Shown piece by piece: positions 57,080-64,000 of a stretch of DNA of 64,000 nucleotides (the stretch's first letter is position 1; each line of letters starts with the position of its first letter). A model generated the notes under the pieces. It ran no database searches. It was not told the origin of the DNA and saw nothing but the letters and a program-made list of their open reading frames with translations. Origin of the DNA: an uncultured Syntrophorhabdus sp. (lineage in GTDB: Bacteria > Desulfobacterota > BSN033 > UBA1163); contig CAYZFX010000011.1 of assembly GCA_964477935.1 (NCBI GenBank), positions 3,277 to 67,276 on the forward strand. Direction: 5' to 3'. The position numbers and the translations under genes are program-made.

Positions 57080-58654
57080 TTACTGCTTTTTCTGGAAGAG
57101 TCTTTTTTCGATCTCCCGGGTGAACTCCGGAACCATCTGTTTGGCTAATTTCTCCGTATCGAGGGTGACCTCCGGTTTATTGGTCGTTCCTTTAATTTTA
57201 AGGGGAATCGCGGTCCATCCCTTCTCATCCGATAGGAACTTCCATTTCCCCAGGCCCTTCGAGAAGCCCTTGCTGAGTTCGGGTGAGAGTTTAAGCTCGG
57301 AAGGGATGTCCAGTTTCTGATCGAAACCCAAATATCCTTTGGGAACGAGGTGGAAAAGGTCTGAACGGATCCACCCGTCGATAAATACCTTCTCCTCCTT
57401 GAGGTCGAACCGGAAGGACCCTTCCTCCACCACCGGTTCCTTCAGGGCCTGAAGGCCGGTGAGGGAGGAAATGGCATTAAAAATCTTTGAATCTTTGATC
57501 ACCCCTTTACCCAGTTTCAAATCTAACTCTCCTTTCAGGGTCTCTTTCGGCTTGGCACTCGCCAGTTGAAGCTTTCCCCTTAAATGCCCATCGGTTTTGT
57601 AAACCTCTCCTCCGGAAAACTCCAATCCGAGAGGTTCCATTTTTAAATTTCCATCGAGATATCTGAAATTCACGCTTATATTTTTAATGAGATAGCCCTG
57701 ATACTTGGCCGAATCGACCTTTACCTGGCCGGAGACTTTCCCCTTGAAATCCGTCCCGCCGGCAGGCGGCCGGCTCTCCTTTTCTTTTAGGCGGCCCGGT
57801 TTTTGGGGAACCGTTTTAACCGGAGTTTCCTTGTCCCCGGTGAGGCCCATCCATTTCTCGAGATCCATTTCTTTCGCATAGAGGTTGGCAGTCACCTCTG
57901 GGGTCTTGAGGTAGTCTTTAACCGTTGCAGTGAGCTCCAGACGGTCTTTTCCCAGTGATGTCTTTAGATGAGCATGAATGGACTGCTCCTTTAGGTTGAT
58001 CTTTCCTGTGGTGATGATCTCTGCCCCCTTGAGGGCCGTTTTGATCTCCCTTATCGAAATCTCGCCGGATGTCAGGTGAGGGGATCCGTCCTTTCCGACC
58101 CCCCCTGTAAACTTCATATCCAAGGCGGCGAAAACCTCCGGCATCTCTTTTCCCTCATCCACAAATTTGAATTGCAAGTCTTTCACAAAGATTCGATCCG
58201 TTACGACCGCGACAGGGAGTCCCTGGCTTTTGGGCTCCAATGGCTCTGAAGGTTTCTGCGAAGCCCTTTCGAGGAGACTGCTGAAATTATACTTTCCCTG
58301 CCGGTCTTTCAGGACGGTCAGGGAGGGAGAGATGATTTCGATCTTGGTGATGATGAACTGTTTCTGGAGGAGTGGCAAAAGGCGATAGGAGAGGACAAAC
58401 TCCTTCAATTTCAGAAAATCCCTCTGGCCGTCCATCTCCTTGATGCTTAACCCTCTGGCCACCACCCCCCTAAAAAGGGAGACATTGATCTCTTCTAAGT
58501 TGACCTTTCTCCCGGTTAAAGCTTCCGCTTGCGGAAGGATCATGGCCTTCAATCTTTCGCTGGAGAGATAGCTCCTCACCAAGAGATTGAGACCCACGAA
58601 AAGGAGGACAATAATCCCGAGGACCACCCATCCTACTTTCATCCATTTCTTCAC
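57080..58654 (-). CDS. AsmA family protein
   Basis: N-terminal TM anchor, TGRKV, PLLQKQ..I..I.I..P.L, YNFSSL; C-terminal IPLKIKGT..KP.V.LD. Confidence 0.85.
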   Translation of the reverse strand: MKKWMKVGWVVLGIIVLLFVGLNLLVRSYLSSERLKAMILPQAEALTGRKVNLEEINVSLFRGVVARGLSIKEMDGQRDFLKLKEFVLSYRLLPLLQKQFIITKIEIISPSLTVLKDRQGKYNFSSLLERASQKPSEPLEPKSQGLPVAVVTDRIFVKDLQFKFVDEGKEMPEVFAALDMKFTGGVGKDGSPHLTSGEISIREIKTALKGAEIITTGKINLKEQSIHAHLKTSLGKDRLELTATVKDYLKTPEVTANLYAKEMDLEKWMGLTGDKETPVKTVPQKPGRLKEKESRPPAGGTDFKGKVSGQVKVDSAKYQGYLIKNISVNFRYLDGNLKMEPLGLEFSGGEVYKTDGHLRGKLQLASAKPKETLKGELDLKLGKGVIKDSKIFNAISSLTGLQALKEPVVEEGSFRFDLKEEKVFIDGWIRSDLFHLVPKGYLGFDQKLDIPSELKLSPELSKGFSKGLGKWKFLSDEKGWTAIPLKIKGTTNKPEVTLDTEKLAKQMVPEFTREIEKRLFQKKQ

Positions 58655-58667
58655 GGTCTTCCCTCTT

Positions 58668-59381
58668 TTATTTTCCGAAGACTTCTTTCAGAAGGTCGGT
58701 AGTTCGGGCTGCGGGGTTGGTGCGAATCTTCTTCTCCTCCTCGCCCAGGACGTGGAAGAGGCCGTCGAGGGCTTTGGTCACGACATATTGATCGATGTCA
58801 AACGACTCTTTCTTGACAAAGGGAAGGTTCTCATACCGTCCCCAAAGTTCCTTATATTGCCGCGTGACCCCCACTTCGTTCATCGCCCGATCCACAATCG
58901 GTTTAAAGACTCCCGCCAGCCTATCCCAGGTCTTCCTTTTGAAATAGTCGGTCGCGGCTGTCTCATGGCCTGAAAAGATTTTCCTCACATCTTCGAAGGT
59001 CATCTCCACGATCGCATCCCAGAAGATCTGTTTGGCGAAGGGAGCAGCCCTCTCGGCGGCGCGGTTCATGCTCAAGATCAACTCATCGACCTGAGGGCCA
59101 TAGCCCACCGCTCTCAGCCCTTTTTCAAAGGTCCGGAGTTTCTCAGGCATCAAAATTTTAATGGCCGGATTAAGGAAGTAACCATCGGTTTTTCCGGTGA
59201 GGTGGACCGTGTTTTCTGTTCCCACCTTCAGGGCCTCTTTCAACCCCTCGCCGATCCTAACGTCGCTCAACTCCCTCTGTCCCCCCAGTCCGATCCCTTT
59301 GAGGAGACGATCGAGCTGGGCATAGGCGGGTGGAGAGAATAGCAAGATGACCAACAGGAATGACGTAATTTGAGGAATCAT
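58668..59381 (-). CDS. DUF4197 domain exported protein
   Basis: [50 protein letters not shown] and LLKEVFG motifs. Confidence 0.92.
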   Translation of the reverse strand: MIPQITSFLLVILLFSPPAYAQLDRLLKGIGLGGQRELSDVRIGEGLKEALKVGTENTVHLTGKTDGYFLNPAIKILMPEKLRTFEKGLRAVGYGPQVDELILSMNRAAERAAPFAKQIFWDAIVEMTFEDVRKIFSGHETAATDYFKRKTWDRLAGVFKPIVDRAMNEVGVTRQYKELWGRYENLPFVKKESFDIDQYVVTKALDGLFHVLGEEEKKIRTNPAARTTDLLKEVFGK

Positions 59382-59500
59382 CCATGGCCCCCCTTCGACA
59401 TGGACTTCTTCCTTTCACCTATATTACTCCTCTCAGGTTGAAGTTTCAATAAAAATTTATCTCATCGCCAAAATCCGGACCCTGTGGTATAAAGGACTCC

Positions 59501-60163
59501 GTGGGACCTGAAAGTAGGAAACTCCTGACCGAAGGGGCTAACCTCTTTGGGATCGATCTGACCGAAAAAGCCGTCAAAGCCTTCGATCTCTATCTTAACG
59601 AGCTTTTCAAGTGGAACCGGAAGATGAACCTCACGGCCATCCGCTCTGAAAGGGAGGTCGTCCTGAAGCACTTTCTCGATTCTTTAGCTCTCGTTCCCTA
59701 TCTCTCAGGGATCTCTTCCCTCCTCGACATCGGTTCAGGGGCAGGCTTTCCAGGGATTCCCCTCAAGATGGTCAATCCCTCCCTCGAGGTTGTGCTCCTT
59801 GACTCGGGCCTGAAGAAGGTTCACTTCCAGTGCCATATCATCCGCACCCTTAGACTTCAGGGGATCCAGGCGATCCACGGACGCGTCCAGGACAAGGGGA
59901 TTCTCGAAAAGTTGGCTGGCCGCTTCGATGCGGGCATCGCCCGTGCCTTCTCCAACCTGAAGACCCTCCTCATGTTCGGGGCCCCCTATTTGAGATCAGG
60001 CGGGCTTCTCATTGCGATGAAGGGCGTCTCGTTTCAAAAAGAGCTGGAGGACCTGGCTCCCACCGCGATCTCCCCCTGTCGGCTCATCAAAAAGGTCGAT
60101 TACGACCTTCCTTTCAGCTCCTACAGACGATCGCTCCTTCTCTTTGAAAAGGAGGGAAGTTAG
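59501..60163 (+). CDS. rsmG: 16S rRNA m7G527 methyltransferase
   Basis: WNRKMNLTAI, KHFLDSL, LDIGSGAGFPGIPL, RAFS and AMKG motifs. Confidence 0.96.
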   Translation: MGPESRKLLTEGANLFGIDLTEKAVKAFDLYLNELFKWNRKMNLTAIRSEREVVLKHFLDSLALVPYLSGISSLLDIGSGAGFPGIPLKMVNPSLEVVLLDSGLKKVHFQCHIIRTLRLQGIQAIHGRVQDKGILEKLAGRFDAGIARAFSNLKTLLMFGAPYLRSGGLLIAMKGVSFQKELEDLAPTAISPCRLIKKVDYDLPFSSYRRSLLLFEKEGS

Positions 60164-60205
60164 GCTTTTCCTCCTTCCTCATTTTGTGCTATAAAAGACG
60201 TTAAG

Positions 60206-61024
60206 ATGGCCAGGGTGATCTGTATTGCCAATCAGAAAGGGGGCGTAGGAAAGACGACCACGGCCGTCAATCTCTCCGCCTCCATTGCCGTAGCTGAGAA
60301 GAAGGTTTTACTGATCGACATTGACCCCCAGGGAAACTCCACCAGCGGGGTCGGCCTAGGCCAAGCCCAGACGAACGGGACAATCTATCAGGCCCTTCTC
60401 AGAGGTTCGGGGCTTAGGGAGATCATTCAGAAGACCGCCCTTTCCTTTCTCGATCTGGTCACCTCCAATACCGATCTCATCGGTGCGGAGATCGAACTCA
60501 TCGGAGAGAAGGATCGGGAGAGGAGGCTTTCCCGTCTCATTCAGGAGGTCGAGGCCGACTATGATTATATCTTCATCGATTGTCCCCCTTCGCTAGGCCT
60601 TCTCACGATCAATTCCCTGACTGCAGCCCATTCTGTCCTCATCCCGTTGCAGTGCGAATACTATGCCCTCGAGGGCCTTGGGCAGCTGCTCAAGACGATC
60701 CGGCTCATCAAACAGTCTCTCAATCCGAGGCTGGAGATCGAAGGGATCCTCCTGACGATGTTCGACATCCGCAACAACCTCTCCCGCCAGGTGGCCGAGG
60801 AGGTGCGGAGACATTTTAAAGAGAAGGTCTTCCAAACCATCATCCCGAGAAATGTGAGGCTGAGCGAGGCCCCCAGCCACGGGAAGCCCGTCCTCCTCTA
60901 TGACATTCATTCGAAGGGAGCGGAGAGTTATCTCAATCTGGCCTGGGAGATGCTGGCCAACGGAAAGAAAGATGGCGACGAAACGGATGGCGTTGGGAAA
61001 GGGTCTGGGAGCGCTCATCCCTGA
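60206..61024 (+). CDS. parA: Chromosome partitioning ATPase ParA/Soj
   Basis: NQKGGVGKTTT, D.DPQGN, IDCPPSLG, QCEYYALEG and IPRNVRLSEAPSHG motifs. Confidence 0.96.
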   Translation: MARVICIANQKGGVGKTTTAVNLSASIAVAEKKVLLIDIDPQGNSTSGVGLGQAQTNGTIYQALLRGSGLREIIQKTALSFLDLVTSNTDLIGAEIELIGEKDRERRLSRLIQEVEADYDYIFIDCPPSLGLLTINSLTAAHSVLIPLQCEYYALEGLGQLLKTIRLIKQSLNPRLEIEGILLTMFDIRNNLSRQVAEEVRRHFKEKVFQTIIPRNVRLSEAPSHGKPVLLYDIHSKGAESYLNLAWEMLANGKKDGDETDGVGKGSGSAHP

Positions 61025-61832
61025 GCCCGAAGAAACGGCCGGGCAGAGGTTCCTCTTCTGCGGGATCGATGAGATCCGGCCCAATCGGTCTCAACCCCGA
61101 AGGCATTTTGATGAAGCCAAACTCCTCGAGCTCGCCGGGACGATCAAGGAGAAGGGGATCCTCGATCCCCTCATGGTGAGGAAGGTGGAGGACGGCTACG
61201 AATTGATTGCCGGTGAGAGGCGGTGGAGGGCTGCCCAAAAGGCCGGACTGAAAGAGGTCCCTGTCATCGTCCGAGAAGCGGACGATCGCGAGGTCCTCGA
61301 GATCTCCCTCATCGAAAACCTCCAGAGGGAAGATCTCAATCCCATCGAAGAGGCCGAGGGCTTCCGGGAGCTGATCGAGAAATTTCATTTAAGCCATGAG
61401 GAGGTGAGCCAGCGGGTTGGAAGGGACCGGACCACCGTGACCAATGCGATTCGCCTTCTCAAACTTCCCCCAGACATTCAGACGCACCTCGTCGAGAATC
61501 GGATTTCAGCAGGCCATGCGAGGGCCATCCTCAGCCTCGACCGCAAAGAGAGTCAAAGGGAGCTCTGCCGCCTGATCATCGAAAAGGGTCTCTCTGTGAG
61601 AGAGGCGGAGATTTGGGCGAGGCGCTTATCGGGTAAATCAAAGAAGAGAACCGGGTCCGAAACGAAGAGAGAAGAGTACCTCGCCCAGCTTCAGACCCTC
61701 CAGGATTCCCTGAGGCGTCATCTCGGGACGAAAGTGACGATTCAGGCGAGGGGGAAGAGAGGAAAGATTTCCATCGACTACTACTCCCTCGATGACCTGG
61801 AACGGATCGTCGAAGCGATCCTCGGAAGATAG
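60972..61832 (+). CDS. parB: Chromosome partitioning protein ParB/Spo0J
   Basis: LGKGLGALI, QPR..F, AGERRWRAA (CTP box), IENLQREDLNPIEEA and GHARA. Start at ATG 60972. Confidence 0.96.
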   Translation: MATKRMALGKGLGALIPEPEETAGQRFLFCGIDEIRPNRSQPRRHFDEAKLLELAGTIKEKGILDPLMVRKVEDGYELIAGERRWRAAQKAGLKEVPVIVREADDREVLEISLIENLQREDLNPIEEAEGFRELIEKFHLSHEEVSQRVGRDRTTVTNAIRLLKLPPDIQTHLVENRISAGHARAILSLDRKESQRELCRLIIEKGLSVREAEIWARRLSGKSKKRTGSETKREEYLAQLQTLQDSLRRHLGTKVTIQARGKRGKISIDYYSLDDLERIVEAILGR

Positions 61833-61853
61833 GGGGAGAGAAAGGGATTCACC

Positions 61854-62291
61854 ATGTCTGGAAGATCAATCTTTTCAAAAGGGGATCCAAAATCACTGGG
61901 AGGCCATGAGGAGATCAGCGCCTTTCTCGGGAGAGAGGCTTTCTTCGAAGGCAAGATGACCTTCCGGGGCATCTTTCGCCTCGACGGGAGATTCGAGGGT
62001 GAGATCTTCGACAGCGGAACCCTGATCGTGGGCGAAACCGCCACGGTCCGGGGCAAGATAGGGGTCCACACCATCGTCATCAATGGCATCGTGGAGGGAG
62101 AAGTCCGTGCAGCGGAGCGGATTGAGATTCACCCCACCGGGAAATTCTCCGGCACCCTATTCACCCCCAAACTCATCATCCAAGAAGGAGGGATCCTGAA
62201 CGGCCAATGCGAGATGGGAGGAAAACCCACCCGTGAAGAGGATCTTCACGCCCATCCTCCTCAGGTACCTTCCCCTTGGTCAGTATCCTAA
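61854..62291 (+). CDS. Bactofilin (polymer-forming cytoskeletal protein)
   Basis: FEGKMTF.G..RLDG.FEGEI...GTLIVGE.A.V.G.I....IVING.VEG.V.A.E.IEI...G beta-helix pattern. Confidence 0.92.
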   Translation: MSGRSIFSKGDPKSLGGHEEISAFLGREAFFEGKMTFRGIFRLDGRFEGEIFDSGTLIVGETATVRGKIGVHTIVINGIVEGEVRAAERIEIHPTGKFSGTLFTPKLIIQEGGILNGQCEMGGKPTREEDLHAHPPQVPSPWSVS

Positions 62292-62359
62292 ATGCGAAGA
62301 TTCGAAAAGTTCTCTGACCCAACTCCTCAAAAGCTCATCGAAAGGAGGGGGTTCAGACT

Positions 62360-63349
62360 TTAATCGGAGGAGAGGGCTTTCTTCAGTTCCTCGGTCAGGG
62401 CCGGAACGATCTGGAAGAGGTCTCCTACGATCCCGTAGTCCGCATAGTTGAAGATGAGGGCATTGGGATCGGTGTCCACCGCGACGACGGTCTTACAGGT
62501 GGTGATGCCGAGGACATGATGGATGGCTCCCGAGATGCCGAACGCCATATAGAGTTTGGCGGAGATGTTCTTTCCGCTCTTTCCGATCTGATCTTTGATG
62601 TCCCTCCATCCCTCGTCCACGGTGGCCCGCGTCGTTCCGACGGAGGCATTGAGGACATCTGCGAGCTCCTCGATGATCCTGAAGTTTTCAGGCCCCTTGA
62701 TCCCCCGGCCTGCGGCGACGACGATATCGGCCTCGGAAATGTCCACTTTTGTGCCGGGGGCCTTTTCAAAGCCCGTCACCTTCTTCTTCAAGGAGGCAGG
62801 GTCGATGGAGGGTTTAACGGAGATGATGCGGGCAGACTTTCCAGGGCTCGGGTGAATGGGAAAAGTGTTCTTCCTGACGGTGGCCATTTGGGGCCTCGCC
62901 TCGGAGAAACCCACCTCCGCAAAGGCCTTTCCGCCAAAGAGGGGACGCCTGGCGATGAGCCGGCCATCTTCTTCGAGGTGGAGCCCCGTGCAATCGGGCA
63001 CGTAACCGGTCTGGAGATGCATGGCCAGTCTCGGGAAGAGGTCCTTTCCCGTCGAGGTGGCCCCTCCCAAAAGAACAGAAGGTTGGTGTTCTCTGACCAG
63101 AGAGGCGATCGAGGCCAAATAGGCATCGGAGGTATAGGGCGTGAGGGAGGGATCCTCCAGAACGTAAATCCTATCGGCATAGGGGCGGAGCACCTTGACG
63201 GCTTCCTCCAGGCCCTTTCCTAAGAGGAGACCGGCAACCTCTTGGCCCGTCTTCTTGGAGAAATCGATCCCCGCAGTGAGCAGCTCCAGAGCGATCTTCT
63301 TCACCTTTCCATCCTGATGTTCGGCAAGAATCCAGATCTCGTTGGCCAT
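62360..63349 (-). CDS. etfA: Electron transfer flavoprotein alpha subunit
   Basis: DISEADIVVAAGRG, R.TVD.GW, QIG.SG, LY.AFGISGAI.H and I..DP.A.IF..ADYG.VGD motifs. Confidence 0.95.
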   Translation of the reverse strand: MANEIWILAEHQDGKVKKIALELLTAGIDFSKKTGQEVAGLLLGKGLEEAVKVLRPYADRIYVLEDPSLTPYTSDAYLASIASLVREHQPSVLLGGATSTGKDLFPRLAMHLQTGYVPDCTGLHLEEDGRLIARRPLFGGKAFAEVGFSEARPQMATVRKNTFPIHPSPGKSARIISVKPSIDPASLKKKVTGFEKAPGTKVDISEADIVVAAGRGIKGPENFRIIEELADVLNASVGTTRATVDEGWRDIKDQIGKSGKNISAKLYMAFGISGAIHHVLGITTCKTVVAVDTDPNALIFNYADYGIVGDLFQIVPALTEELKKALSSD

Positions 63350-63438
63350 GGCACTTCCTTTCCAATGGGTTCAGCAGGGTAATTCGATTCGGTTTTTTCC
63401 AGCCCAGAACTCGGAACTCTCAACCCAATGGGGACGTC

Positions 63439-64000
63439 TCAAATCACCTTTGCCTCTTCTCTCAGCCGTTTCACCAGGATTTTCACGTTCTCCGGGAAAT
63501 CCTCCTGGATCATCCGCACCGGCGGCCTCTTCGGCGGAGGAAGATATCTTTCAATCTTGATAAAAGGATGCATCTCGGAGGGGTTCAAGCCCAGGGAAGG
63601 GAGGTCCACCTTCTTGATCTGTGCCTTCATCGCCTTCATCACATTCATCACCTGAGGGATTCGTGGTGTAAAGAGTCCTTTCTGGCAGGTGATGAGTGCG
63701 GGAAGGGGACAGAGGAGGTGTTCCCTGCCGTTCTCCACCTCTCGCGCGACCTTCGCCTCTCTCTTTTGAGGATCGACCTCGAGGCCCACGACGGAATGGA
63801 CATGGGGAATGCCGAGGCATTCGGCCACTGCAGGGCCGACAATCCCTGCGTCGTCGTCCATGGCCTGTTTTCCGGTCAGGATGAGGTCGTAGGCCTTGTC
63901 CTTCAGATAGGCGGCGAGGACCCTGGCGACCGTGAAAGGGTCTGCCCCTTCGAGAGCGGGATCGGCGATCTGGATAGCCTCGTCAGCGCCCATGGAGATG
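63439..64000 (-). CDS. etfB: Electron transfer flavoprotein beta subunit, 5' part outside the window
   Basis: The frame stays open past 63993 (..ISMGADEA); DLILTGKQA.DDD and LPALIT motifs. Confidence 0.93.
   Translation of the reverse strand, partial: ISMGADEAIQIADPALEGADPFTVARVLAAYLKDKAYDLILTGKQAMDDDAGIVGPAVAECLGIPHVHSVVGLEVDPQKREAKVAREVENGREHLLCPLPALITCQKGLFTPRIPQVMNVMKAMKAQIKKVDLPSLGLNPSEMHPFIKIERYLPPPKRPPVRMIQEDFPENVKILVKRLREEAKVI

Noticed and set aside
1-64000. CRISPR arrays, IS/transposases, integrases, prophage, rRNA/tRNA, defence systems
   Set aside because: No regularly spaced repeats, terminal inverted repeats or matching protein motifs were seen on either strand by eye. A CRISPR finder, ISEScan, tRNAscan and DefenseFinder run would be needed to be certain.

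Overview
This is gene-dense bacterial DNA. Gene content and style suggest an anaerobic Desulfobacterota/deltaproteobacterium (inference). I found no rRNA, tRNA, CRISPR array, transposase or phage gene. The left third (1-23.3 kb) is accessory catabolism in three blocks. (i) A FadR-linked operon: acyl-CoA ligase, TRAP dctPQM, a secreted tannase/MHETase-family esterase and a second dctP. (ii) A PAS kinase and sigma54 regulator upstream of a sigma54-type promoter driving a GAF protein and porCDAB; porB has lost the conserved CYDNEA segment of its TPP/Mg motif. (iii) A six-gene operon: a 4-hydroxybenzoyl-CoA-reductase-like (HcrB/C/A-like) molybdoenzyme whose Mo subunit lacks the canonical catalytic Glu and apical-oxo Gln, plus a saccharopine-dehydrogenase-family enzyme, a class III aminotransferase and a VOC protein, behind tandem promoters and a perfect palindromic operator. 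The remainder is mostly housekeeping and envelope genes: rng, TIGR03960 radical SAM, CAP/HAD/MltB/Tm-1-like, a DHS-like gene, atypical ClpX-like/DnaJ/LonC-like genes, rsmE, acyl-CoA synthetase with a Liv-type ABC transporter, a TPR-GH153 fusion, radA, fabH, YihY, mscL, DUF748/AsmA, rsmG-parAB-bactofilin and etfBA. Two genes are missing from the ORF track: a truncated dctP at 1-373 and a 20-aa Cys-rich peptide gene (MTIKKVPKRLATTCKCKASC, 32134-32196, minus strand) with its own promoter, perfect SD and terminator. The best candidates for new biology are the altered-active-site molybdoenzyme operon, the esterase/TRAP/CoA-ligase module and the small peptide gene. All family assignments come from motif recognition and remembered reference sequences; no database search was run.
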